DNA from: Pelagomonas calceolata
Lineage: Eukaryota
Assembly: GCA_918797485.1 (NCBI GenBank)
Contig: CAKKNE010000002.1
Location: 558,001-622,000 of the forward strand
Length of the DNA: 64,000 bases
Direction: 5' to 3'
This document shows, piece after piece, positions 19,171 through 30,600 of this stretch. A program made the translations under genes and the position numbers. Under the pieces are notes generated by a model. The model searched no databases. It was not told where the DNA came from and was given only the letters and a program-made list of their open reading frames with translations. The first letter of the stretch is position 1; each line of letters opens with the position of its first letter.

Positions 19171-22100
19171 TTAATTCTTCCCGACTTGCTGCCAGACTGA
19201 GGCGACGAGCGAGTCGAACGCGTCCGGATCGGTGCGCGCCACATGAAGCATCGACGCATGCAGGTCCGCGTGGGCGTCCGGCGCGGGCCGCTTGGCGTCG
19301 GGCAGCTCTTCGCCGTCGCGGCCGCGCTTTTCGCCGGACGGCTCCGGCGCGGCGGCGCCCCCCGTCATCCAGGCCGGCAGGTTGCTCACGCCGCGGCCGC
19401 GACCCGCGAGGACCGGCGCCGCGCCGCCGTTCAGCACGGCAGGCGGCGGCGCGGGTTCCGGCTCCGGCTCCGGCGCGGCCGGTTCCGCGGGCGTCGGAAC
19501 GCCCCCGGTCATCCACGCGGGCAGGTTCGAGACGCCGCGCCCGCGGCCGTTGAGCGCGGGCGCCGCGCCGTTGTTCACGACGGCCGCGGCCTGGGCCTGC
19601 GCCTCGGCCTCGTCCTCGGACTCCGCCGCGGCCTCGGCGCGCACCGCGCTCAGGAGCGAGTCGGCGTCGGCCAGCAGCTTGCGCTTCTTCTTCTGGTCCT
19701 CGCGCTCCTCGTCGCGCTTCCGTTTGGCTTCGGCGTCGGCCGCCCGGAGCGCGGCGCCCTTGGCCGTCGCGCGGTCGATGGCCGCGGCAGACGCGACGGC
19801 GCCGTGCTCCCGCATAGCGCTCGCGACGTCGTCCGCCGTGTCCGCGGCGTCGAGCGCGGCGTCGGCCTGGAACGCGCCCACGACGCGCCGGTCGTCCGAC
19901 GTAGTTAAGCGGCCGGAGAGCTTTACGAAGCGCCGCTCGTCTTCTAGCGCCCCGAGAAGCCGAAGAATATCGCGGACGCGCGCGTCGGCGAAGGTGACGT
20001 TCGCGCGTCCCAGAGCCAGCTCCTCGGCCGCCGGCGCGTAGTCGTCGGCGTCGCCCGCAACGAGCAGTTGCGCGCCGTCCACGCCGCGCACCCGGCCCCA
20101 GAGAGCGTGGAGCTGCGACGACGCGGAACGCCCGTTCGGCGCCGTGAGCTCGCGCTTCAGGCCGCCGCGCCGATACACGCCCGGCGCGTTTTCGGAAGCG
20201 TCCCCAAGTAATTTTAATACAAGAGCGAAGCGGGTCGACGCCTCGTCCAAGCGGGACACAGTACCTGTAGCCGTGGTCCGCAAGGGCCACTTCGACAGCC
20301 GCGGCAGCCCGAGCGCATCGGCGACGGAAGCCGCCCGCCGCCGATCGCGTTCGAACAGCGCCAGCGGCAGATAGCCAAGCGAGGCCCGGAGGCAGTGGCG
20401 CCGTGCGCCATCGCGCCCATCATCGTCAACTACGATCGCGTCGCTGCCACGCAGCCAGACCAATGCACCGGTGCCGTCCAGCTTGCGGCAAGGTAGTTTG
20501 GCGTCGAGGCCGCGCCGCGCGGCCGCGGCAGTGGCCTCCGAGAGCGCGTCGAGTTCGGGCACGGCGAGCCGCTCCGGCGCCGCGTCGCCCAGACGCCGCA
20601 GGTACCGCAGGGCGTGGTCGCGCGACGCCGCCGGCGCGAGGCGCAAGAGCGTCCCCAGCGCCTCGGCCACCGCCGCGAGTGGCCCGTGCTTGACGTCCGC
20701 GAGGAAGCCGACGCTCACGAGCGCGCGCGTCAAATCGTCGGGCTCCCCCGCGACGACGACGCAGCGGTCGAGCGGCAGCGCGGCCGAGCCGGACGGCAGC
20801 GCCTTGTGGCTCCGCCGCGCGGCGCTCGCCAGGTCGCGCGCGCCCTGCCGGTCGAGCTCCGAGGCGCCGCGGCCGACGCGGAGCCACGCCGCGGTAAGGG
20901 CATCGACGTCCGGCGCATCAGTTTTCATCAGCTCCAGGAGCGCGTCCAAAGGCGGCGGCGGCGCCTCGGAGCCCCACGCGAGGCGCGACGCCCAGGGCGA
21001 CGTCGACGAGCAGAGCGCCCGGCGTATGAGCGAATCGTCGCTCCCAAAGTCCACCAGAGGGCGCCGTCCGTCCTCCTCCTTCTTCAGCGCCACGTGGCTC
21101 GGCCGCTCGACGCATGCAGGTCCGCCCGGCCACGCGCTCGGCACCCAGCGTTTTCGCGAGAGCTCGTCGACCCATGCGGCGGGCCCCAGATCCACCGCGC
21201 ACGCGGCCGCCTGGCCAGGCGGCAGCCAGTAGAGCCGCCGCCGTAACGGCGCCGCGTCCCGTGGCGAAATGCCATCGCTCAAACTTGAGTCCGGGGCTTT
21301 CGAATCGCCGAAGGTGCGTCGCGCGGCAGGGACCGTCTTCGCCGAGGGCACGTCCACGCTTTCTACCGTCCTCCGTGCCAGCGCTTTGGCGAAGGCTCTA
21401 GCTGCGTCGGCGTCGCTTGGCGTGACGCCCCAAGCGCGGGCGAGGCGGCAGTCCACGACGTACGCGTACCGCTTGTCCATCTCATTCAGTAGGCCGTAGG
21501 GCAGGGGCACGGCCGTGGAAGGCGCCGACTTGCGAAATTTTACTTCCCGCAGATGGGGCCTCGCGTCGGCGTCGGCGACGGCCTGCTGGATTAATTGCGA
21601 AGCTTTCCTTGAGTCTATTCGCGAAACAGTCGCCTCGACGCGGACCTGTCCATCGCACGCGCCCGCGGACCGCCACAGGTCGGCCCAGCTCCGTTGCGAG
21701 CCCCCCTGTTCCAGGTAGACCTCGGACACGCGGCGCTGCGCGGGCGCGGCCACGGCCGAGACGTCGTCGCCGTAGGCCGCGCCGAGCGACAGCGTATGTA
21801 TGTGCTTGGGCTCGCGGCGGTCGTCGAGCGCCATGGATAGGGCCTCGGGCTTCCGCGCGTCCTTCGCCCAGGCGGCCAGCGCGACGAAGAGCGCAGCGTC
21901 CCCCGACCCCCAGCCCTTCTGGGCCGCGTGCGCCGCGCGCGCGACCGTCACGACCTTGTCGCGGCCCTTGCGGAGCGCCGCGAGGAAGCCCTGGGCGCTG
22001 CGAGACAGGGGCGACGCCATGGCGCCCTGGTGCGCCAGGCGCGGCGCGTCTTTCCCATTGCCGTCGACGGCCTTCGACGCCGCGGCCTCGAGCGCGCCCC

Positions 22101-24033
22101 GCAGCGCCTCCGGCAGGGACGCGACGTCGTCGTCGAGGAAGCGGCAGCGGCCCGGCGCGACGACCTCCGTCGACGCCGAAAGCACGCACGGCCAGCCCTC
22201 GTCGAGGTCGGGCGTCGCGGCCGCGGCCTCGAGGAGCGCCGCGCCGACGCTCGACGCATCAACGCCACAGGCGCCGACGAGCCGCGCGTCGACGCGGACG
22301 CCGCGCCGCGGCGCCGGCGCCGCGACGACGCCGGCCCACGTCCCTTTGTCCGCGAACGCGTCGCCCAACAAATGCGTCGCGAGCGGCGCGCCCCCGAACA
22401 GCTCCCTGAGCACGGGCGCCGGCACCCGCTCGGCGAAGGCCGGCGGCACCCAGCGCGCCTCGCGCGCCGTTCTGAACGTGCCGAGCGGCAAGCACGGCAG
22501 GAGCGACTCGCGCCGCAGGGCGCCGTCGAGCGCGTGCAGCGAGACAGAGGCTCCAGCGACCGTCGTCGACAGCTTGCCGTCGGCGTCGCGCGTTAGGGGA
22601 GGCAGCCGACTAAACGCGTCCCGCAGGACCTTGGCCTTGTCGTCCGCGTCGCGGCACGCCCGCGCCGCCCAGCGCAGCAATTTCACGAGCAGCTCGCCGA
22701 GCCCGTTCTGTAGTAATGCAGCGTTCCACGCATGCTGGCCGTCGAGCGAGCCGCGGTCCACGGACAGCAGGAAGGGCCCGTCGAGGTGCGTGCCCTTGCC
22801 CGTCGGCGCCCGCACGCGCGTCGGCAGCGTGCAGTGGATCAAGCCAGGTCTTTGTTCCTCGGCGCCGACCTCGAAGAACAGGCGCAGCTCCTCGGCGTTG
22901 CCGTCGTGCGCGCGCTTTGTGTGTGCCTCGTAGGCCTCCTTCGCCGCGCCGCGCGGCCGCCAGCCGTGCACAAAGGCCACGAAGGTCCGCGTATTCGAGC
23001 GGTCGCCCTTGGCCACGTCGACGGTGATCGTCTCCTCGTCGTTCTTTGTGGAGAGGGCGACGGCGTGGCGCCGGCCGTCCCAGTCTAGCATCCAGGTCTT
23101 ACCATTACGAGACGCCGCCGCGCGGCCGACCATCGCGACGGCCGACGCGTTCGGCGGTCTTAAATCGGCCTCTACGGACTGGCGCGGCCGCTCCAGGTCG
23201 AACGCGCACCACGTCGACTCGCCATCGAGCTCCAGGGGCGCCGGCCGCAGCACCCAGGCGTGCTTCGGTTCGCCGGGCGCGCGGTCCCGCGGCTCGTCGT
23301 ACCTAAAGCGCCACCGCCCGTCCGAGACCGTGACCCGTTTAAACCGCCGGTAGACGGCCTTGAAACCGATACCCATGAAGCCGATGGACCGCGGCGCGTT
23401 CCCGTCACTTAAGAGGGACTTCGTCGACAAACCTACCGACGACAGACCCAAAACGTCCAGCGGCGTGAAGCGCCTTCCATCATGACTGACGCGGACGCCG
23501 CGTCTTTCTGAAAGCCGCTCGACCACGACCTGCGTCGCGCCGTCATCCACTCCATTCTGCAGCAGCTCCCAGACGTACGCGTCGGCTCGGTCGAACTGCT
23601 TCTCGAGGATGGCCAGGAAGCCGCGCACGGACGGCTCGAGCGCCTGCAGCCCGTAGTAGCGCGCGATCGACGCCACGACGACGGCCGGCCACTTGCCCTC
23701 GGCCTTGGCGGCACCCCTCCTTACGTCGTCGGCGCGCGGTTTATGGCACCTTTCATAAGTCCCGCCGCTGCCGCTCACATATTCCAACCAAACCTGCGTG
23801 CCGTCGCTCCGCGTGCCGATGGCAAAGGCCGGCAGCGTCGCGCCGTCCGCCGCGTCGGCGTCGACGACGAGCCGGTCGTCTGAAACGTCACCGACGATCG
23901 CCGCGACGCCCTGCGAGCTGATGACGATCGCGTAGCGCTCGCAGCCCGCCAGGTCGACGACGCAGCAGCCCTTGCCCAGCAGCTCGACACAGTCTCGCTC
24001 GGCTCGCAGGCGGCGTGGGAGGGTTGCCGCCAT
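19171..24033 (-). CDS. Sacsin/NOV-like GHKL-ATPase-domain protein
   Basis: GHKL motifs WELLQNGVDDGA, HDGRRFT..DV.GLSSVG.STK and IGFMGIGFKAVY. The C-terminus has two GRGRGVSNLPAWMTGG repeats. Confidence 0.8.
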   Translation of the reverse strand: MAATLPRRLRAERDCVELLGKGCCVVDLAGCERYAIVISSQGVAAIVGDVSDDRLVVDADAADGATLPAFAIGTRSDGTQVWLEYVSGSGGTYERCHKPRADDVRRGAAKAEGKWPAVVVASIARYYGLQALEPSVRGFLAILEKQFDRADAYVWELLQNGVDDGATQVVVERLSERRGVRVSHDGRRFTPLDVLGLSSVGLSTKSLLSDGNAPRSIGFMGIGFKAVYRRFKRVTVSDGRWRFRYDEPRDRAPGEPKHAWVLRPAPLELDGESTWCAFDLERPRQSVEADLRPPNASAVAMVGRAAASRNGKTWMLDWDGRRHAVALSTKNDEETITVDVAKGDRSNTRTFVAFVHGWRPRGAAKEAYEAHTKRAHDGNAEELRLFFEVGAEEQRPGLIHCTLPTRVRAPTGKGTHLDGPFLLSVDRGSLDGQHAWNAALLQNGLGELLVKLLRWAARACRDADDKAKVLRDAFSRLPPLTRDADGKLSTTVAGASVSLHALDGALRRESLLPCLPLGTFRTAREARWVPPAFAERVPAPVLRELFGGAPLATHLLGDAFADKGTWAGVVAAPAPRRGVRVDARLVGACGVDASSVGAALLEAAAATPDLDEGWPCVLSASTEVVAPGRCRFLDDDVASLPEALRGALEAAASKAVDGNGKDAPRLAHQGAMASPLSRSAQGFLAALRKGRDKVVTVARAAHAAQKGWGSGDAALFVALAAWAKDARKPEALSMALDDRREPKHIHTLSLGAAYGDDVSAVAAPAQRRVSEVYLEQGGSQRSWADLWRSAGACDGQVRVEATVSRIDSRKASQLIQQAVADADARPHLREVKFRKSAPSTAVPLPYGLLNEMDKRYAYVVDCRLARAWGVTPSDADAARAFAKALARRTVESVDVPSAKTVPAARRTFGDSKAPDSSLSDGISPRDAAPLRRRLYWLPPGQAAACAVDLGPAAWVDELSRKRWVPSAWPGGPACVERPSHVALKKEEDGRRPLVDFGSDDSLIRRALCSSTSPWASRLAWGSEAPPPPLDALLELMKTDAPDVDALTAAWLRVGRGASELDRQGARDLASAARRSHKALPSGSAALPLDRCVVVAGEPDDLTRALVSVGFLADVKHGPLAAVAEALGTLLRLAPAASRDHALRYLRRLGDAAPERLAVPELDALSEATAAAARRGLDAKLPCRKLDGTGALVWLRGSDAIVVDDDGRDGARRHCLRASLGYLPLALFERDRRRAASVADALGLPRLSKWPLRTTATGTVSRLDEASTRFALVLKLLGDASENAPGVYRRGGLKRELTAPNGRSASSQLHALWGRVRGVDGAQLLVAGDADDYAPAAEELALGRANVTFADARVRDILRLLGALEDERRFVKLSGRLTTSDDRRVVGAFQADAALDAADTADDVASAMREHGAVASAAAIDRATAKGAALRAADAEAKRKRDEEREDQKKKRKLLADADSLLSAVRAEAAAESEDEAEAQAQAAAVVNNGAAPALNGRGRGVSNLPAWMTGGVPTPAEPAAPEPEPEPAPPPAVLNGGAAPVLAGRGRGVSNLPAWMTGGAAAPEPSGEKRGRDGEELPDAKRPAPDAHADLHASMLHVARTDPDAFDSLVASVWQQVGKN

Positions 24034-24159
24034 TGCTTGACGCGGCCAGCGATGCCTTAAGGCGCTTGGTCTGCAATAATAAGCTTCGAACAAGTCACGC
24101 AGCCTCGTTTGTTTGCAAATCACAAGCTTTTACTCGCGTTTGGCAAAAACAAGGGCTTG

Positions 24160-24181
24160 CTAGTGTCTTACAAGCCGCTAG
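24160..24181 (+). promoter_or_regulatory. Recurrent upstream element CTAGTGTCTTACAAGCCGCTAG
   Basis: Lies between divergent starts 24033(-) and 24448(+). Confidence 0.6.
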
Positions 24182-24447
24182 CTCCACATTGCTATTATTG
24201 CCAAGCCTGCGCTAAACGCAGCTCCGGGTGGTTAGTTTTCACAGCCAGAGTCACGTACGCAACCCACGCATACGCCTCTTCGACTGGCGAAGCTTCAACC
24301 GTGCGTGCGGCACCCCTGGAGAATAGCGCTCTCTGAAGCACTGAGAGCCTCAAGCCCGCCGTTGCGTCAGGACGAGAGGCCCGGACCGCCGTGGCACCTC
24401 CACGACATCGCTACGTACAATTTCTGGGAGAAAAAATCAAGAAAACC

Positions 24448-25641
24448 ATGCTCGAGCGACTCCCCGACGAAATAAGCATCCTGATCCTGGCGCACTGCAA
24501 GGTGGCCGAGCTGGGACGCGCGGCCCGGGCGTGGCGCGACCTCAATAACAGAGACGGCGTGTGGCGGGCGCTCCAGAAGGCGATCCTGGGCTGCGCGCCG
24601 CCGCCGCGCGGCGCGCGGGGCCGTTCGAGCGGTCGGAACAAGCTCTCGGGCAAGGAGTCGTTCAAGCGGCTCGTCGCCACGCGGCGCCAGAACACGGAGG
24701 AGGCGCGCGCGCGCTTCGAGCAGTGCGAGAAGCCGGGCATCGGCGCGCTCCGGAAGCTCCTGAAGGCGTGGCAGCCGCTCTCCATCAACCATAGAGGGTC
24801 GGCGGGCTGCACCTTCCTCCACAGCGTCGTCGCCGACGCGCGGCTCTCGCCCGCGCAGACGGTGCAGTGCGTCCGCGAGTTGCTGGATAAGCACGGGGCC
24901 GACGCGTCGCGGGGCAACGACCTGCGGATGGCGCCGCTCATGTCGGCCGCGGCGCTCGGCGATGTTAAGTTGGTGACCTTACTCTTGGACGCGGGCGCAT
25001 CCATTACTGCCCGCGGCGCCCACCCGAACGGTTTTGTGGGAGCGCCCGTGCGGCCGGGGAAGCGCGCGCGGACGCCGCGCGAGTGGGCCGAGTGCTTCGG
25101 CCAGTCGCAGGTCGTCGATTTGCTGGACCGGCGCGCGGACGCGGCGCCCGAAAGAAAGAAGCGGCGCCGCGAGGCGAAGTACTTCTGCCTGCCGGCGTGC
25201 CCCTTCTACGGCGCGAACACGGGCGAGATGGTCAACTGCGAGACCTGCGACAACTGGTTCCACTGCGCCTGCGTCGGCATCTCTCATACGGAATTCGCGC
25301 GCTTCGTGCGCGACGAGAGCGCGCGCTTCGAGTGCGCGGCCTGCGCGGCGCGGCAGGCCTCTGCGCGGCGCGTCGTCGACCGCAGCGGTGTTGTGTGGGA
25401 TGCCGCCTGGGACTCAGCAGGGCGCCAGTACTACGTCGACCGCGCGACCGGGCGGACGAGCTGGCAAGTTGACGTTACGGCGGCTGGGGCGCCGGGGTAC
25501 TACAAAGCCCGGGCGCGAGCGCGCGTCGTCGAGCTCCTCGGGGACCAGCTCTTTTCACTGCCGCCAGCGTCGCGTGCGCCTGCACTGGTGGCAACGGTAA
25601 CTCCCCCGGGAGACGACGAAGATCGAGTAATACAAGCCTAA
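24448..25641 (+). CDS. F-box + ankyrin + PHD finger + WW domain protein
   Basis: LERLPDEISILIL (F-box); PLMSAAALGDVKLVTLLLDAGA (ankyrin); FCLPAC...MVNCETCDNWFHCACVG...FECAAC (PHD); W..AWDSAGRQYYVDRATGRTSW (WW). Confidence 0.85.
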   Translation: MLERLPDEISILILAHCKVAELGRAARAWRDLNNRDGVWRALQKAILGCAPPPRGARGRSSGRNKLSGKESFKRLVATRRQNTEEARARFEQCEKPGIGALRKLLKAWQPLSINHRGSAGCTFLHSVVADARLSPAQTVQCVRELLDKHGADASRGNDLRMAPLMSAAALGDVKLVTLLLDAGASITARGAHPNGFVGAPVRPGKRARTPREWAECFGQSQVVDLLDRRADAAPERKKRRREAKYFCLPACPFYGANTGEMVNCETCDNWFHCACVGISHTEFARFVRDESARFECAACAARQASARRVVDRSGVVWDAAWDSAGRQYYVDRATGRTSWQVDVTAAGAPGYYKARARARVVELLGDQLFSLPPASRAPALVATVTPPGDDEDRVIQA

Positions 25642-27251
25642 TTACATAAACCACACGTGCGCGGGCAGTCGCAGTACATCTTGATGTGGCCGATGTAGAA
25701 GACGTTGTGGCCCTTGTGGCACGTCGTCGCACAATGGGTGCAGAGAGCGTCCCCGCGGCCGTCGAGACCGCAGGTCGCGCAGCCGAACGCATCCTGCTTC
25801 AACATTTTCACGCCGTGTCGCTCGAACGAGCAGCAGTCGCCGCCGCAGCGCGCGCGCGGCCGGCGCTGAGAGACTCCGTCGATCCCGCGCGCGACGACGA
25901 CGAGGCGCGGGCCGCAGCGCCGCTTGGCGTCCGCGACGCCGGCGCTCGTGATCGACGCGTTCCCCGACACGTCGAGCAGGCGCAGGCGCGTCGGGTTGGG
26001 GAGCGCCTCGAGCGCGGAACGGAGGCGTGTGTCGTCGAGGGACGGCTCGATACAGGCGACGGAGAGCGAGCACAGCGCCGGGAGCCGCGCGCAGAGCTTG
26101 ACCAGGCGCCCCGGGACGTCGTCGTCCGAGTCCGAGACGTCCAGATCAATGAGATTCGGAGCCGCGCGCCAGACGAGGAACACGGCGACGGACAGCGCGA
26201 CCCGGCCCCGGGCGTCGAGACGCCGCAACGCCGTCACGGCGCGCGTGGCCCGGTCGCGACTGTTGGCAGAGGCGCCGCCGCCCACCGCTGCCCCAGCTTC
26301 GAAGCAAACGATGGAGGCGGCGGCCGCATCGTCGCCGTGTCGGCCGAGTGCCGACTCCCAGACGGGGTTCTTGTTACGGTCGAGCGTCCAAGCACCGTTG
26401 CACTGTCCAGCAAGACACACGTCCGTGAGCGCCATCCAAGTGCAGGAGTCGACGGCGAGTCCTGCCTGCAGAGCCTCGTTCCATGGGCCGGGGTATGGCC
26501 GTTTGGACGGCGCCAGGCGTGCCGCATGAAGACGGCGCAACGCGGGAAACGGCGCTACTGTGTCAAGTATAAACAAAATCTCGCCCATGCTCACGTTGTC
26601 GCAGCCGTCAAGCCCCAACATCTCCAGCCGCGGCATACGGTTGCGGATGTATGCGAAACCTTGGCTGGTGAGCTTCTTCATGCCAGCGAGGTCGAGCCGC
26701 CGTAGGTTTTGTGCGCATGGGGCATTACCCAGCGCGGCGAGAAACGGGTCCTTGGTCGTCGCGGAGCAGCCGGCGAGAATTAGGCCTTCGAGCTGTGGTG
26801 GACAGGCGGCGACGATCGAATTGAGCGTCTCCGTCCCCAGGGCGCCGTAGCTGACGCGCAGCTCGCGCAGCGCTGTCAAATGCACCGGCGTCAGTGAGAA
26901 GCAGTCTCGCATCAAGAGGGTAGAACAGTGCCCGAGCACTTCGCTAAGTTCCGCATGTGAGCGAGCGTCTAGTAATTTAACGTGCAGGAGCGTGCAGGCC
27001 TGGACCTTGGCGCCATCGAGCAGGCGCACAAGTGCTTGCAGCCCGGCGTAGCTGAGCTTGCGGCGCCGCGTCTCGGGCACGCCCACCAAATTCGGTGCGA
27101 CGAGCACACCGCCCGGCCGCCTGATGACGGCACGCTTGGCAACGGAGAGACAGCTCTTGGCCGTCTGCACCAGGACTAGCGCGTCGGCAGCGTTCAGCCA
27201 CGCGTGCTGCTCTGAGACGACATCCAGGGCCCGCAGGCCGAGCGTCGACAT
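25638..27251 (-). CDS. LRR (FBXL-type) protein with C-terminal UBR-box zinc finger
   Basis: LRR units LEGLILAGC, LRRLDLAGM, LEMLGLDGC, LRLLDVSGN. C-terminal CSF...Q..F.C.TC.....LC..CA..CHKGH.......YCDC is a zf-UBR pattern. Confidence 0.8.
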   Translation of the reverse strand: MSTLGLRALDVVSEQHAWLNAADALVLVQTAKSCLSVAKRAVIRRPGGVLVAPNLVGVPETRRRKLSYAGLQALVRLLDGAKVQACTLLHVKLLDARSHAELSEVLGHCSTLLMRDCFSLTPVHLTALRELRVSYGALGTETLNSIVAACPPQLEGLILAGCSATTKDPFLAALGNAPCAQNLRRLDLAGMKKLTSQGFAYIRNRMPRLEMLGLDGCDNVSMGEILFILDTVAPFPALRRLHAARLAPSKRPYPGPWNEALQAGLAVDSCTWMALTDVCLAGQCNGAWTLDRNKNPVWESALGRHGDDAAAASIVCFEAGAAVGGGASANSRDRATRAVTALRRLDARGRVALSVAVFLVWRAAPNLIDLDVSDSDDDVPGRLVKLCARLPALCSLSVACIEPSLDDTRLRSALEALPNPTRLRLLDVSGNASITSAGVADAKRRCGPRLVVVARGIDGVSQRRPRARCGGDCCSFERHGVKMLKQDAFGCATCGLDGRGDALCTHCATTCHKGHNVFYIGHIKMYCDCPRTCGLCN

Positions 27252-27316
27252 GGTGCAGCCGGCAGCAGAGCACGTTTTTCGCCGCTTTATAGGCAAAAAT
27301 GGCAGAGCTCGAGCAG

Positions 27317-27339
27317 CTAGCGGTCTGTAGAGACACTAG
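27317..27339 (-). promoter_or_regulatory. Recurrent upstream element CTAGTGTCTCTACAGACCGCTAG
   Basis: Lies between divergent starts 27251(-) and 27644(+); 22/23 identical to the copy at 55385. Confidence 0.65.
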
Positions 27340-27643
27340 CAAGCAAGCGAACTCTCGCAAAACGCCAGCGAGCCGTACGCTGCCGACGCATCCCTCGACA
27401 CCACCCACCCTACCTAAAAAAATTAAAGGCGCCAGCCGGCGGGCACACAGTCGAGGAGGCTTCCAGTTTGGCGCGCGCGCGGCGCCTCCCGTGCCCGGGC
27501 GAGGATAAAAAAAAGCTCGGAGCGTCGCGAGCCCCCACCCTCGCCAGCCGTCGTCCCAGGCGGCGCGCAGCAGGGCAGCCCCCCTCGCAACTGGCTTGGG
27601 GTCACCACCCGCTCTACGGAACACATACGCACAGCAAGAAGTC

Positions 27644-30600
27644 ATGGACCAGCTCGAGCCCATCAAAGTGCTGGGCGAGGGCGCCTTCGGCAAGGTCTAC
27701 CTCATGCGCCACCGGCAGGAGCGGACCCTACAATGCGTGAAGGTCATAAAAATAAAAAACATCCCTAAAAAGGAACGGGAAGCGTGCAGGGCGGAGGTGC
27801 AGCTCATGAAAAGATTAAGGCACCCGAATATTGTCGCGTATCGCGATTCGTTTTTAGCTCGTAACAGGGAGTCCTTATGCATCGTGATGACGTACTGCGA
27901 CGGGGGCGACCTGGGCAATCAAATAACCCAAGCGGCGAAACGACGACGCCCATTCACGGAAGCCAAGGTCCTGCACTGGTTCGTGCAGATGGCTCTTGGA
28001 CTACATTACATGCACGCGAATCGAGTACTACATAGAGACCTGAAAACGCAGAACATCTTCTTGCTGGGCAATGGTCGACTCGTGTTGGGCGATCTAGGTA
28101 TTTCGAAGGTACTGGAGGGTACTCTAGACTTCGCGCAGACGTGCATCGGCACGCCCTACTACATGTCGCCCGAGATCTTCAAGAACAAGCCGTACAACCA
28201 CAAGTCGGACATCTGGGCGCTGGGATGCGTACTCTATGAGTGCGCCACGTTGAACCACGCCTTCGACGCGAACTCGCTGAATGGGTTGGCCTGCAAGATC
28301 GTGCGCGGAAAGTATCCTCCGGTCTCGTCTCGCTACTCGAAGCATCTCTCCGATTTGGTGGGGGCGATGCTCGCGACGCAACCGTCGCAGCGTCCCACAT
28401 TGGAAGCGATCCTGCGGCGACCTTTTGTCAGAAAGCACGTCCGGGGCTTCTTCGCGGATCTGGTGAGGCGGCCGTCGCAGTCGATCGGCGCCGGGACGCG
28501 AGCTGTAAGAGCTGCCGCCGTCTGCGTCGCCGAGGAGCGGTCGGCGTCGTCGCCGGACGTCGATGCATTAAGGGCCCAGCTCGAGGAGCTGCGCATGGGC
28601 GAGGTCATCCAGCAAGCTTTAAATCCCGACGAGAATAGTGACGACGACCCGCGCAAGGCGCAGCGGCGCGCGCGCGAGCGCAAGGAGCAGTTACGAAGAG
28701 AGGAAGACCGCAAGGGCGCCGTCGAGCAGGCGCTGCTGAGGTTGCGTAAAGAAAGGGAGGCCCGCCTCCGGGACCGGGAGCGGCTGCGCGAGGAGGCTGA
28801 GCGGCGGCGACGGCGCGAGGAGGCGCGGCAGCGCAAGCCGCGCGTGCCGCGGCAGCGCGAGTGGAAACGGCCCGTGCCCAGAGAGAGAGCGAGCCGCGTG
28901 CGCGCGTCGGCGCCGGACGCGCGGCGCGAGCGCATCGTCGAACCGGAAAGACGATCGGTCGACCAGCGGCGGCGCGACCAGCGGCGCGACGACGAGGCAA
29001 GGCGGGTGCGGGAGCTCGAGCGGTGGGAGAATAAGCAGAGGGCCGCGGCGGCGGAGCGCAAGCGGCGTGTCGAGGCGGCACGGCCCCCAAACAACGGCGC
29101 CGCGAGGCGGGAGGTCGAACGCGCGAGGGAGGCGGACCGCGCGAGGGACAACGGCGCGCGGCGGGAGGCAGAACGTGCAAGAGAGGCCGACCGCGCGCGG
29201 GACAACGACGCCGCGCGGCGGGACCGTGCCCGGGACGCGGAGCGCGCGCGCCAGCGCGAGATCGTCGAAAAGCTCAAGGCGGACAAGCTCGAGCTAGACG
29301 AGGCCGAGGCGCGGCGCCAGGCCCGCGTGCGCCAGGCGGCGGCCGCGGAGCGGCGTCGGGCCGAGGCGGACCTCCTGCGGGAGCAGGAGGAGGCCGCGGA
29401 GCGACGGCGTGTCGAAGCAGAACTCCTCAGAGAACAGGAGCGCCGGTTGGCCGCTCGACTCGAGGCGGCGAAGAAGGCGCCTCCGGCCTCGCCCCGCGTC
29501 GCCGAGGCCAAGAACCTGCACGACCCCTCGCTGGCGGCGAAGCACGCGTTTTCTCCCAGAAACGACGGCCTCAACGCGCGCGACCGCGTCTTGATGCGGA
29601 AGCGCGCCGCCCAGGAAGCGCGGGAACGCGAGCTGAACCAGGCTTTGGCCGAGGCGCGCCAGGAGTCCGCCGAGCAGGCGCAGCAGGCCAAGGCCTGGGG
29701 TGACGCCCAGTACCGGTCGTCCATGGACTCGAAGCTTCCGCGGCGGCCCCCGAATTCGCCGCGGCGCCCCCCGGCGACGCCGCCCCGGTCGCCTCCGATG
29801 TCGCCCGAGGCCAAGGTCGCATCGCCGACTCGCTGGGCCTCGCCCTCGCCGCGGCGCCCGGCTGCCTCGCCCTCGCCGCGGCGCCCGCCGATGACGCCCG
29901 ACACGCCCGAGCCGCGGCGTCTCACACCTGACACGCCGCCCCAGTGCCCGCCGACTCGCGACGGCCCGCCGACGCGGGACGACGACGCTGACCTCGTGCT
30001 GGACTCGGAATCCGAAGACGAGGAGGCCGCAATCGGCTTCGCGGTCGCCGCGCCCGAGCACATCGAGGACGCGGAGCAAGACATCCAGAAGCGCGAGGAC
30101 GAATTGCGAGCTGAGCTCGAATTGACTTCGCAACGCTGCGAGGAGCTCCGCAAGTCGCTTCACGACACGAAGGCGCGGATGGCGGCGCGCGACGCCGCGC
30201 CGGTCGAGGACGAGTCCGAGGACGAGGGCCCCGCGGTGGGCGTGCTGAACGCCGTCGTCGAAGAGGACGAGAGCGACGACGAGGCGCCCGTCCGCGTTGT
30301 GCCTCAGTCGCCGCCGCGCGTGCTCGAGTCGCCGCGGACGCCCCATAATAATCTCGCCGACGCGCCGTCGCCGTCGGGCCGCCTGGAGCAGCGTTTGCAA
30401 ATTCTCAAGGAACGGTGCATCGGCCAGATGGGGGCCCGCCAGTTCCGCAGGGCCTACGACTACCTCAAATCCGTCCAGGACGCGGACGACGACGCCCTGG
30501 ACTACGACGTCGACGACGCGGGCCTCGAGATCGGCGGCGACGCCTATGACGAGCAGGCCGACGCGGAGACGCAGGCGAAGCTCCTCGCGATCCTGGGCCC

